64,000 nt of DNA from the NCBI GenBank assembly GCA_044223085.1, contig JBGAMI010000015.1, positions 8,207 through 72,206 of the forward strand, written 5' to 3'. Below are positions 48,524-57,518 of this stretch, in pieces. A model generated the notes under the pieces. It did no database searches and was not told the origin of the DNA. It worked only from the letters and a program-made list of their open reading frames with translations. The position numbers and the translations under genes were made by a program. Every line of letters begins with the position of its first letter. Within the stretch, counting starts at the first letter, position 1. Source of the DNA: Cyclobacteriaceae bacterium. GTDB taxonomy: Bacteria > Bacteroidota > Bacteroidia > Cytophagales > Cyclobacteriaceae.

Positions 48524-49794
48524 CGCGGGTTTACCGGAATCACAAAATAGCCAATTAGTAAATCTGCATTGGGCTGAAACGCCCTGTAATACACAAGTAC
48601 TTCGTACAGGTTTTCAGTTTGGAAGTAGTTGCCTTCAACTTGATTGCCATCTGCCTCTGGTGGTGCTGTCCAATAGGCGTAGTTATAGAATCCCTGCTTT
48701 AGCAATATCCGTTTGGCGTAGAGTCCGTTTTCCCATTGCATCTTGTTTTCGTCGGTCCGGGCAAATCCATTGTATGCGCCAATGAGGTACACGTCACCTT
48801 TGTAGGGAGTGGATTTCAGCCCGAAAGTAACGTACAGGTATTGTGCCGATATCCATGGCTCCTGCGGGTAGTCAGTATTGTCAGGCACAAATCCACCATT
48901 CATGTCCGGGTACTGCGAATAAGCCTGGCCTGACCTGGGGTAATCCATATTCACACTCAATTCATAGGGCTTATGGGACTTATCCAATCTGTAGGTATTC
49001 ATCCCCGGATAATTCATGGATCGAAAGTCCACGAATCTGAATTCATTGCCGCCCTGAAAGGTCTTATCCAGGTCAAAGAAGCGGTATTCAAGCTGACCAA
49101 CATCTTCCCGCACAAAGCTGGGTTTAACATCTTCTTTGGCATTGTCCCATCGCTGATTTTGGCGAATTGTGACATGGATGTTGCCCATGGGATTGATGAT
49201 TTCCGTGGCGCCGTAGTCGAGTTTGAAATTCAAGGCCTGATTCGTGGAGCGGAGGTTCCCGAGGCCCGCCAGGTTGTCGTCTGTCGATAAAGAGATACGG
49301 CCATCAAAGATCATGAAACGACGGGTGAGGACCAGATCCTTTCTGTTTCCGTCCCGATAAACCATGAGTACATAATTGCCGGGAATCTTCACGGCCGGAA
49401 TGGGGAACCGGTAGTGAACATACGGAATGTGGGTATTGATCGAAAAGGAATAGTCATTGATGGTGGTTTCATTGTAGTCGTGGAGAAAATCCAGATCCAT
49501 GAGGGTGGAGGCAGTCCAGTCGGCATTGCAATGAACAAGTCGCGCGTAGTAGTTACTGCGTTGTTCCTGGAGGTCATCAAATTCCAGCATCAGGTTTTGG
49601 ATGTCCATTCGCGCTACTGCGGGCAATAACTGATTGCCTTCCGAAGCCTGGTTGGGGTAACATTGAACCGACCGGATTTGAGGTTCATAGGTTTTATCCT
49701 GTAAAACCAGTGTTTTCTGCCCAAAAACGAGGGATGGAATTAAAAGAACCAGAAAAATAATCCTGAATTTCAGACTGGTGCGGGTTACTGTCAT
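48520..49794 (-). CDS. T9SS plug-like protein (DUF5103 family)
   Basis: It has a signal peptide (FRIIFLVLLIPSLVFGQ). The block NYYARLVHCNADWTASTLMDLDFLHDYNETTINDYSFSINTHIPYVHYRFPIP..PGNYVLMVY matches my recollection of the DUF5103/T9SS_plug family. Confidence 0.6.
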   Translation of the reverse strand: MTVTRTSLKFRIIFLVLLIPSLVFGQKTLVLQDKTYEPQIRSVQCYPNQASEGNQLLPAVARMDIQNLMLEFDDLQEQRSNYYARLVHCNADWTASTLMDLDFLHDYNETTINDYSFSINTHIPYVHYRFPIPAVKIPGNYVLMVYRDGNRKDLVLTRRFMIFDGRISLSTDDNLAGLGNLRSTNQALNFKLDYGATEIINPMGNIHVTIRQNQRWDNAKEDVKPSFVREDVGQLEYRFFDLDKTFQGGNEFRFVDFRSMNYPGMNTYRLDKSHKPYELSVNMDYPRSGQAYSQYPDMNGGFVPDNTDYPQEPWISAQYLYVTFGLKSTPYKGDVYLIGAYNGFARTDENKMQWENGLYAKRILLKQGFYNYAYWTAPPEADGNQVEGNYFQTENLYEVLVYYRAFQPNADLLIGYFVIPVNPR

Positions 49795-49930
49795 GGCCAG
49801 AAAACGATTTATGTCAAATCATTATTTCCTATGGACATTGCAAATTCAACCGGCAAGCGCAAAGTGGCGAGGTACCTCGATGCAGTCCTGTTCATTGCCG
49901 CATTGTTGCTTGTTAGTTCCTTACTGGAAA

Positions 49931-50186
49931 TCATTCGGTTTTAGCTTTCAACGCATCCAATTCCAACACAATCTCCTCCCAACGCTTATTGAGCGTCTCC
50001 AGTGCTGCTGTTTGTTGATCGAGGTCTTGCTGATGGGAAGACAGTACGTCAAATTTTGAGTAGACTTCCGGCTGACTCATGGTCTCTAACAGCGCTGCCT
50101 GCTTTTTTTGGGCCGCCTCAATTTTTTCTTCTAGTTGTGCCAATTCTTTTTCCAGTTTACGCGTCGAAGGATTGGTCGGCTTAGCG
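49931..50186 (-). pseudogene. Detached C-terminal coiled-coil segment of the ABC-F gene, out of frame because of the duplication
   Basis: The alternative frame reads AKPTNPSTRKLEKELAQLEEKIEAAQKKQAALLETM...LNKRWEEIVLELDALKAKTE*, a typical ABC-F C-terminal domain. The upstream part of the track ORF 49931..50452 is out-of-frame ABC-F sequence. Confidence 0.85.
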
Positions 50187-50202
50187 ATTGGTCGGCTTAG
50201 CG
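50171..50202. repeat. Perfect 16-bp tandem duplication, ATTGGTCGGCTTAGCG x2
   Basis: I read it directly: 50171-50186 is identical to 50187-50202. Confidence 0.95.
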
Positions 50203-51860
50203 GGTTGGGGAGCCGGTGTCTCTGTCTTCCTGGGTGGGGGTGGGGGCGTTTCAGGCGCAGTGGCTTTTTGTTTACTCCTCCAGTATTCAAATTCGTCGTA
50301 GGTGCCGGGATATTCCTTGATCTGATGATCTTCAATGTACCAGATCTTGTTGGCAATCTGGCTGATGAAAAACCGGTTGTGGGAAACCACCACGAAGCTT
50401 CCGGCATATTGCTGAAGTGCCTGAATGAGAATATTCTCTGATATGAAATCAAGGTGGTTGGTGGGCTCGTCGAGCAAGAGAAAATTAGCCTCAGAGATCA
50501 GGGTCTTGGCCAAGGCTACCCTTGACTTTTCTCCACCGGAGAGTACTTTGATTTTTTTGTACTGGTCGTCGTCGGAGAAGAGAAAGCATCCAAGGATACC
50601 CCTCAACTCTTGTTCCGTTTTACCACTACCGGCTTGTTTGAGTTCCTCGAGGATCTCATTATCAACATGCAGGGCTTCCAGTTGGTGCTGGGCATAGAAT
50701 CCCTGAATCACATTGTATCCGATCGTGCGGTCGCCGCTTACCGGCTCCGTCCCGGAAAGAATACGCAACAGGGTCGATTTGCCCTTTCCGTTCGCACCAA
50801 TGAGGGCAATTTTATCACCGCGTTCAATGGTGGCATTGGTGTGTTTGAGAATCTGCAAGTCACCATAGGCCTTGGAGACGTCCTTCAGCGTTACCACATG
50901 CCGACCTGATGGTTGGTTGAACTTGAATTTGAAGTTTACGGCTGCCGTATCGTCGACTACCTCTTCCACCAGGTCCATGCGGTTGATTGCCTTGATCCTG
51001 GATTGCACCTGACGGGCTTTGGTAGCCTTGGCTTTGAAACGCTCAATGAAACGTTCAGCTTGCCTTATTTTGGCCTGCTGATTTTCAAACGCATTCTGCT
51101 GTATGTTCTCCCGCATTTCCTTTTCCTCGAGGTAGAAGCTGTAATTGCCTTCATAGGAGATCAATTGCGATTGGGTTACTTCTACCGTTTTAGTAATGAC
51201 ATTGTTGAGAAACTCCCGGTCGTGAGAGACAATGACTACAGCGCCTTCATAGGTACGCAGGTAGTTTTCCACCCACTCAATGGAAGGTAAGTCAAGGTGG
51301 TTAGTTGGCTCATCCAGCATGAGCAAGGATGGCTTCTCCAGCAATAATTTGGCAAGCATCACGCGCATGCGCCACCCTCCTGAAAACTCGCGTAACGGAC
51401 GGTGCAGGTCTTTCGTGGAAAATCCGATCCCCTCCAATACTTCTTCGGCCTTGGCCTGCATGGTGTATCCGTCCAGGTGCTCAAATCTCTCCTGAAGCCG
51501 GGTCAACTTGTCAACCAGGTCTTCGGAATAGGTTGTTTCGAGTTGGTGTAGTATTTTCTCGATTTCACGTTGTGTATCAACGGCATCTTTGAAAGCACCC
51601 ATGGCCACGGTGAGAATGGCGTCGTCACTCTGGAAGGAGAGGAGGTCCTGGTTGAGAAATCCGATGGTACAGTCGCGCGACTTGCTGATGCTCCCCTCAT
51701 TCACCTTCATTTCGCCATAAATGAGTTTGAGTAAGGTGGATTTTCCGCGTCCGTTGAGTCCAATCAAGCCGATCTTGTCGTCTGGCTTGATAAACATGGA
51801 CGCGTTTTCATAAAGTGCCCTTCCGCCGATGAAGTAAGAGATATTGGATATAGAAATCAT
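50181..51860 (-). CDS. ABC-F family ATPase (two ABC domains), prematurely terminated by a 16-bp tandem duplication
   Basis: There are two Walker A motifs (GLNGRGKSTLL, GANGKGKSTLL) and two signatures (FSGGWRMRVMLAKLL, LSGGEKSRVALAKTL). The ORF ends ...PAKPTNR* inside the second copy of the duplication. Confidence 0.9.
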   Translation of the reverse strand: MISISNISYFIGGRALYENASMFIKPDDKIGLIGLNGRGKSTLLKLIYGEMKVNEGSISKSRDCTIGFLNQDLLSFQSDDAILTVAMGAFKDAVDTQREIEKILHQLETTYSEDLVDKLTRLQERFEHLDGYTMQAKAEEVLEGIGFSTKDLHRPLREFSGGWRMRVMLAKLLLEKPSLLMLDEPTNHLDLPSIEWVENYLRTYEGAVVIVSHDREFLNNVITKTVEVTQSQLISYEGNYSFYLEEKEMRENIQQNAFENQQAKIRQAERFIERFKAKATKARQVQSRIKAINRMDLVEEVVDDTAAVNFKFKFNQPSGRHVVTLKDVSKAYGDLQILKHTNATIERGDKIALIGANGKGKSTLLRILSGTEPVSGDRTIGYNVIQGFYAQHQLEALHVDNEILEELKQAGSGKTEQELRGILGCFLFSDDDQYKKIKVLSGGEKSRVALAKTLISEANFLLLDEPTNHLDFISENILIQALQQYAGSFVVVSHNRFFISQIANKIWYIEDHQIKEYPGTYDEFEYWRSKQKATAPETPPPPPRKTETPAPQPAKPTNR

Positions 51861-51972
51861 GCCCTGGCCTCAATTCGTAAAAAATGTCCCAAAGATACCA
51901 TTCCGCCCGTAAAAAATCGGACCAGTGGTAGGTGTCACCGTCGGACCAACTATTATCTTGGCAGGCTCAAAC

Positions 51973-53148
51973 ATGACTATGAAATACATCGCTCTTATTG
52001 CCTGTGTTGCCCTGCTTACGTTAGGTTGCACGAATTCAAAGAAATCCGGTGAATTGGTTGCCCTTGGCGGTGGCCCTGCTTTTTCCGGTGCCAGTGACAG
52101 CTTGCCTTTGAATACCATCAAACTTCCTGCCGGTTTCAAAATCAGCGTTTATGCTGAGGTTGAGGATGCGCGCTCCATGGCCCTTTCTCCAAATGGTACC
52201 TTATTTGTCGGTAACCGTTCTGGTGATAAGGTATATGCTGTTCGTGATGAGGATGGTGATTTCAAGGCCGACAAGAAATGGGTAGTGGCCTCAGGTCTGA
52301 ATACGCCTAACGGTGTGGCCCTAAAGAATGGAGATCTGTATATTGCTGAGATCAGCCGTATTTCGAAGCTGACAGGAATAGAGACCAAACTGGATAACCC
52401 AGGCACTCCTGAAACCGTGTATGATAAGTATCCTACAGAAACACACCATGGCTGGAAGTACATTGCATTTGGTCCTGATGGGAAATTGTATGTTCCGGTA
52501 GGTGCTCCGTGCAATAACTGCGAATCCAAGGACCCCGTGTTTGCCAGCATTACACGGATGAACGCAGATGGTACTGGTCTGGAAGTTTTTGCCAATGGAG
52601 TTCGTAACACCGTTGGCTTTACCTGGCAACCAGAAACAAATGACTTATGGTTTACAGACAATGGCCGTGATATGTTGGGAGATTCAATCCCTCCCTGCGA
52701 ATTGAACAAAGCTTCTCAGGCAGGGATGCACTTCGGTTATCCTTACTGTCAGGGTGGGTATATCAAAGATCCAGAGTTTGGAGACAAACGTCCTTGCAGC
52801 GAATTTACACCCCCTGCACAAAAGCTCGGCCCCCATGTTGCACCTCTGGGGCTGAAGTTTTATACCGCATCCATGTTCCCGAAAGAGTACCAGGGCCACT
52901 TGTTTATTGCAGAACACGGTTCTTGGAACCGCAGTCCCGAAGCAGGGCATATTGGATACCGAATCAGCCTGGTCAAAGTAGCGAATGGTGAAGCCACGAG
53001 CTATGAGACCTTTGCCAGTGGCTGGTTGGATGCCGAAGGCAAGAAGAAATGGGGACGTCCCGTGGACGTTATGCTACTGCCAGACGGTTCTATGCTCGTG
53101 AGTGATGATATGGCCGGGGTGATTTACCGGATATCTTATCAGGGTTAG
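51973..53148 (+). CDS. PQQ-dependent sugar (glucose/sorbosone) dehydrogenase family lipoprotein
   Basis: It has a signal/lipoprotein-like N-terminus (MTMKYIALIACVALLTLGC) and beta-propeller blocks (PNGVALKNGDLYIAE, DNGRDMLGD, HFGYPYC, LPDGSMLVSDDMAGVIYRISY). The ATG at 51973 is preferred over 51925. Confidence 0.75.
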   Translation: MTMKYIALIACVALLTLGCTNSKKSGELVALGGGPAFSGASDSLPLNTIKLPAGFKISVYAEVEDARSMALSPNGTLFVGNRSGDKVYAVRDEDGDFKADKKWVVASGLNTPNGVALKNGDLYIAEISRISKLTGIETKLDNPGTPETVYDKYPTETHHGWKYIAFGPDGKLYVPVGAPCNNCESKDPVFASITRMNADGTGLEVFANGVRNTVGFTWQPETNDLWFTDNGRDMLGDSIPPCELNKASQAGMHFGYPYCQGGYIKDPEFGDKRPCSEFTPPAQKLGPHVAPLGLKFYTASMFPKEYQGHLFIAEHGSWNRSPEAGHIGYRISLVKVANGEATSYETFASGWLDAEGKKKWGRPVDVMLLPDGSMLVSDDMAGVIYRISYQG

Positions 53149-53654
53149 AAGTCGGCGGCTATATCGTCGATTTTTTTGCCTTTGTCTATCCGCATTTGCT
53201 GCAGCAACGGATAGCAGCGGTAGGTGAGTCGCAATTCATTCTTGGAATGATCACGAAAAGTGAGGCTCAGCGTCTTGGTATTCCAGTTGTAGGAATCCGT
53301 TGGTGTCATGTAGGCCGGTTTACCGAATGACTTCTCCATGCCCTTCATCAGCCGGATATCTTTTTGGGTAATCACGATGATTTCATAGACCTTGTCCTTG
53401 TAAGTCTTGACTTCAATTTTCTTCACCTTGACTTCGCCAATGGTTTTATAGGCATCATTCTCTACTTCATAGAGCTTTGCGGGGAACTCATTCTTCTCCT
53501 TGATTTCCTTTTTAAAAACCGCTCCCTGAATACTGTCAATCGGCGTACCTAGCTTGAGGTCCTTAAACCCATTGCGGCGGTCCAGTTCGGCCAGGTCCTG
53601 AGCAAAAAGTCCGGAGGACAACAGGATCAAAGCAACTAAGGGTATGGATTTCAT
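53145..53654 (-). CDS. Hypothetical secreted protein
   Basis: It has the signal peptide MKSIPLVALILLSSGLFAQ and an ATGA overlap with the upstream DUF2911 gene. I recognise no family. Confidence 0.55.
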   Translation of the reverse strand: MKSIPLVALILLSSGLFAQDLAELDRRNGFKDLKLGTPIDSIQGAVFKKEIKEKNEFPAKLYEVENDAYKTIGEVKVKKIEVKTYKDKVYEIIVITQKDIRLMKGMEKSFGKPAYMTPTDSYNWNTKTLSLTFRDHSKNELRLTYRCYPLLQQMRIDKGKKIDDIAADF

Positions 53655-54187
53655 AATTTTTGGTCTTGGAATTGAATCGGGATAACTACCTGCGTATCGT
53701 CCCAAACGATCAGCAGCTCTGCGCGGTCGTTGCGCGCATTCAATTGAATGGTAAATGACTCATACACTACATCCCTGGAGCGGGTAGATGGCACATCGAA
53801 TCGGAGTATGTCCTGTTTAGGATTATAGTTGTATGCACCCCATAAGCCGAGGTCGTTATTGAAAATGATGGTCCATTGGTTCTGATGCGGAATCGTGAAC
53901 AGGCTGTAGGTCCCTGCTTTTAGCTCGATGCCGTTGATTTTGATGTCGCGGGTTAAGGTCATTTCGGTAGCCTCGTTCGCACCGGTGCGCCACACCGCGT
54001 CCCAGGGCACGAGGCCACCAAATACAGTGCGACCACGTTTGCTGGGCTGGGAATAGGTAATTTTCAGGTAAGTGTCTTTATAGCGTGATTGAGCTATCGC
54101 CAGAGGACTCGGCCGGGGAGACACCACCTCCTGGCCCTGACAGAACAGGGGAAGCAAGAGCAGGAGGGTGATGTGGGTAAATTTCAT
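53651..54187 (-). CDS. DUF2911 domain-containing secreted protein
   Basis: It has the signal peptide MKFTHITLLLLLPLFCQG. The block ITYSQPSKRGRTVFGGLVPWDAVWRTGANEATEMTL..INGIELKAGTYSLFTIP matches the DUF2911 pattern. Confidence 0.75.
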   Translation of the reverse strand: MKFTHITLLLLLPLFCQGQEVVSPRPSPLAIAQSRYKDTYLKITYSQPSKRGRTVFGGLVPWDAVWRTGANEATEMTLTRDIKINGIELKAGTYSLFTIPHQNQWTIIFNNDLGLWGAYNYNPKQDILRFDVPSTRSRDVVYESFTIQLNARNDRAELLIVWDDTQVVIPIQFQDQKL

Positions 54188-54244
54188 GAGCAAAGTTTCG
54201 TTCAAAAATAAGAAATTTGGTTCCATTCTTTACTTTGCACACCC

Positions 54245-54724
54245 GTGAGACCTGCCTTCGACGATATTTACATGGAACTGGCCGTAAATCTGGCCAAGCG
54301 CTCCCATTGCATCAAGCGACATGTCGGGGCCGTACTGACCAAGGACACCCGCATCATTTCGATTGGATACAACGGCCCACCTTCGGGGACGCACAATTGT
54401 GATGAGGAGTGGCCGGAGGCAGGCTGCCCGCGTGACTCCAAAGGTGGATGTTCGCTCGCCATTCATGCCGAGCAAAATGCCATCCTGTACGCAGTAAAGA
54501 ATAAGACCTCAGTTGAGGATGCGACGCTATATGTCACGCTGTCCCCATGCCTGGCTTGTGCCAGAATTATCTACAGCATGGGTATCCGGCACGTAATTTA
54601 CCTGAACTCCTATGCCGAGCATAAAGGCTTACCATCTGACGAAGGAGTCGAATTCCTGAATCGGTTTGGAGTCTCCTGTCGACGCTATGCGGGTGCACTC
54701 GCCAACGTTACCCACATGATCTGA
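54245..54724 (+). CDS. dCMP (deoxycytidylate) deaminase
   Basis: The zinc motifs HAEQNAI and PCLACARII are present in a 159-aa protein. The start is GTG. Confidence 0.85.
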   Translation: MRPAFDDIYMELAVNLAKRSHCIKRHVGAVLTKDTRIISIGYNGPPSGTHNCDEEWPEAGCPRDSKGGCSLAIHAEQNAILYAVKNKTSVEDATLYVTLSPCLACARIIYSMGIRHVIYLNSYAEHKGLPSDEGVEFLNRFGVSCRRYAGALANVTHMI

Positions 54725-55066
54725 TCAGCGGCTTTGAAGGGCTTTCTCCAGGTCCTTGATGAGCGTAGCAGTTATGCCTTTGGTTTTCTTGGCTTGTTCA
54801 GTCTTAAAGACAATCAATGAGCGCTCGGCCATGTGATACAGTCCAATCGGGTTGCCATCGTTTTGAAAACTTCCGAGGCACCAGTTGATTTCAGCCTGGA
54901 GTTCATGCTCGATACCTAGTTGGTTGAGCTTTGCTAATGAAACCTCGCAGGCGGCTACGATCAGTTCATTTGGTGTTGCCGTTTTCTTGGTAACAGGGGC
55001 CTTCTTTGCTTTGACTTCTTTCTCGGCAGGTTTCGAAGTTGCTTTGGCTGGTGTTGCTTTGGCCAT
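54725..55066 (-). CDS. Hypothetical protein with Lys/Ala-rich N-terminal tail
   Basis: MAKATPAKATSKPAEKEVKAKKAPVTKKTATP is followed by an ~80-aa globular part. I recognise no family. Confidence 0.55.
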   Translation of the reverse strand: MAKATPAKATSKPAEKEVKAKKAPVTKKTATPNELIVAACEVSLAKLNQLGIEHELQAEINWCLGSFQNDGNPIGLYHMAERSLIVFKTEQAKKTKGITATLIKDLEKALQSR

Positions 55067-55085
55067 GGTTTATGTGTTTGGTGGG

Positions 55086-55093
55086 GCAAAATT
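55086..55093 (-). promoter_or_regulatory. Bacteroidota -7 promoter box TAATTTTG (consensus TAnnTTTG) for the 113-aa gene
   Basis: It is a perfect consensus match ~20 nt upstream of the ATG at 55066, with a TTG ~21 nt further upstream. Confidence 0.4.
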
Positions 55094-55261
55094 AGACCGT
55101 ACAGACCCCGGTAAACAAGTATTGTACTACTTTATTTTACGCAACCGTTGCCGTCAAAACACTACTGGAATTGATTTCATGCCGTTTTTTACCCCGCAAA
55201 CTCATTTTAGTAAGAAAGACGGTCACTTGAAACACACCTTGTTTTTGAAGTGCTGTGAAAG

Positions 55262-55292
55262 CAAAAAGGGAAGCAATCCTGGATCGCTTCCC
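55262..55292 (-). terminator. Rho-independent terminator (minus strand)
   Basis: The minus strand reads GGGAAGCGATC-cag-GATTGCTTCCC (an 11-bp stem with one mismatch) followed by TTTTTGCTTT. Confidence 0.55.
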
Positions 55293-55530
55293 TTTGTAAG
55301 AAGATAGGAGTAACCTATTTCTTCTTTTTCTTAGCTGCTTTTTTCTTAGCAGCTTTCTTTGCTTTTTTTGCCATAGCGTTTAAAATTTTTTGGTTAACTA
55401 ATTATTAAACGTATTCGAATTTAATATAAAATCATTAGTTGCAAAAATTTTTGACACTTTTTTTGAAAGTCTTATAAAAATTCATAGTTCACTCATGAAC
55501 TTTTTACACTTGCAATTGATCATCGCTTCA

Positions 55531-56562
55531 TCATGCAATGATGTTAACCTCCGGAGATAATTGAATGTTGAATTTTTCATTCACCGATGATTGAATCTCC
55601 ATCGCCAACTCATAAATCTTACGGCCATTTCCATTTCCGTAGTTCACCAGCACCAATGCTTGTCTCGGATGAACACCAATACCATCGCGCGTAAATCCTT
55701 TCCATCCGCATTGTTCAATGAGCCAACCTGCAGGTATTTTAACGTATTGATTGTCAACGTGATATGATGGTATTTTGGGATACTTCTCCCGAATTGAATC
55801 ATACTGAGCCACTGTAATGGTTGGGTTCTTAAAGAAGCTACCGGCATTACCGACTTCACGTGGATCAGGCAACTTGCTTTGTCGCACAGCAATCACTGCA
55901 CGGCTGATGTCATGTATGGTAGGTTTAATGATTTGATGCTGTTGAAGTACCTCCTGCAATGCACTGTATTGGGTCTTTAACGCATGATTCTTTTTGGTTA
56001 ACCTTAAAGTAATACTTGAAATGAAAATATTTTTTTGATCGGGGCGCTTAAAAACACTTTCGCGATACTGAAACTGACATTCTTTGTTGTTGAAACGATG
56101 TGACTGTCCGGTGGAAAGGTCGATGGTATCTACATATTCAATCACGTCTTTTACTTCAACACCATAGGCACCAATATTCTGCAAAGGTGCTGCACCTGCT
56201 GTACCGGGAATCAATGATAAGTTCTCTAATCCACCCCATTGATGTTTGAGGCAATGTAAAACAAGCCCATGCCAGGACTCACCACTGCCGGCTTGCACCA
56301 ATACCCAATCATCTGTTTCTTCAACGACCTCGATCCCGCTTATGCAGGAATGAATAACGAGTCCATCAAAGTCGCCCATAAAGAGCAGGTTGCTGCCTCC
56401 GCCAAGGATGAGTCGGCGTTGGTGGAAAAGGGGATCCTGAATAAGTTCTCCTAGTTGAGCCAGTTGTTCAATGGAAGTGCAGTAGGCAGCCTTCACATCA
56501 ATGCCAAAGGTATTCAGTTGCTTGAGGGAAACTTGTTTATCGATGCGGATCATATTCGGCAA
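55531..56562 (-). CDS. murB: UDP-N-acetylenolpyruvoylglucosamine reductase
   Basis: The FAD-binding block LKQLNTFGIDVKA...LILGGGSNLLF, GLENLSLIPGTAGAAPLQNIGAYG and the C-terminal MurB domain are present. Confidence 0.9.
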   Translation of the reverse strand: MPNMIRIDKQVSLKQLNTFGIDVKAAYCTSIEQLAQLGELIQDPLFHQRRLILGGGSNLLFMGDFDGLVIHSCISGIEVVEETDDWVLVQAGSGESWHGLVLHCLKHQWGGLENLSLIPGTAGAAPLQNIGAYGVEVKDVIEYVDTIDLSTGQSHRFNNKECQFQYRESVFKRPDQKNIFISSITLRLTKKNHALKTQYSALQEVLQQHQIIKPTIHDISRAVIAVRQSKLPDPREVGNAGSFFKNPTITVAQYDSIREKYPKIPSYHVDNQYVKIPAGWLIEQCGWKGFTRDGIGVHPRQALVLVNYGNGNGRKIYELAMEIQSSVNEKFNIQLSPEVNIIA

Positions 56563-56660
56563 CCAAGGAACAAAAAAAAATGCTAACTGCGGAGATGAAT
56601 GGGTAATTTGATGGCGATTGACGATATGGATTACATGAATTATTTGAGAGATTTACAACC

Positions 56661-57518
56661 ATGAAAGTAATCGAATGTCCCCGCGATGCCATGCAGGGAC
56701 TATCTGCATTTATCCCTACTGATGTTAAGGTGGCTTATATCCAGTCTTTGCTGGATGTTGGTTTCGATACGATTGATGCGGGAAGTTTTGTTTCTCCGAA
56801 AGCCATTCCGCAAATGCGTGACACGGCTGCCGTGTTGGATCGGCTTGACCGAAGCCACTCGGCAACACGCATCCTGGCCATTGTTGCCAACCTGCGTGGC
56901 GCTCAGGAGGCTTGTAAGCATCCGATGGTTGATTACCTGGGCTTTCCCTTGTCTTTGTCAGAGACGTTCCAGCAGCGGAACACCAACCAATCGATCGCTG
57001 AGGCGCTGCGGTTGGTCGATGATATCCATCAAAACTGTGTGCGATCAAACAAGGTGCTGGTAACCTATTTGAGCATGGGCTTCGGCAATCCTTACGGCGA
57101 TCCCTACAGCCCGGAGGAGGTAGCGGGCATGGTTAACGCACTTCAGTCCATAGGCGTATCGATCATATCACTGGCGGACACCATCGGTATGGCGACGCCG
57201 CAGGAGATCGGCACCTTGTTCTCAGCTTTAAGGAAGGAATTTCCATCCCTGGAAACAGGCGTACACCTTCATGCCAGAGCCGGTTCCGCCGCAGGTAAGA
57301 TTCAAGCCGCCCTGGAGGCAGGCTGTCGCCGGATGGACGGAGCATTGCTTGGTTTTGGTGGATGCCCGATGGCCGAAGATGAGTTGGTGGGTAATATTCC
57401 AACAGAAGTGCTGCTGGATACCCTGGAGAAAAACAATGTTGATTACATCATCCATCAGGAAGCTTTGGTTCGATCAATTCGGCTGGCTACTCAGGTATTC
57501 GGACCTCACCGGGCTTGA
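56661..57518 (+). CDS. Hydroxymethylglutaryl-CoA lyase
   Basis: VIECPRDAMQG, the DRE_TIM/HMGL-like layout, DTIGMATP and HLHAR are present. Confidence 0.8.
   Translation: MKVIECPRDAMQGLSAFIPTDVKVAYIQSLLDVGFDTIDAGSFVSPKAIPQMRDTAAVLDRLDRSHSATRILAIVANLRGAQEACKHPMVDYLGFPLSLSETFQQRNTNQSIAEALRLVDDIHQNCVRSNKVLVTYLSMGFGNPYGDPYSPEEVAGMVNALQSIGVSIISLADTIGMATPQEIGTLFSALRKEFPSLETGVHLHARAGSAAGKIQAALEAGCRRMDGALLGFGGCPMAEDELVGNIPTEVLLDTLEKNNVDYIIHQEALVRSIRLATQVFGPHRA

Noticed and set aside
49931-50452. 173-aa ORF as an independent gene
   Set aside because: Only its last ~80 residues make sense (the ABC-F coiled-coil tail). The rest is an out-of-frame read of the ABC-F second ABC domain. The 16-bp duplication fully explains it.
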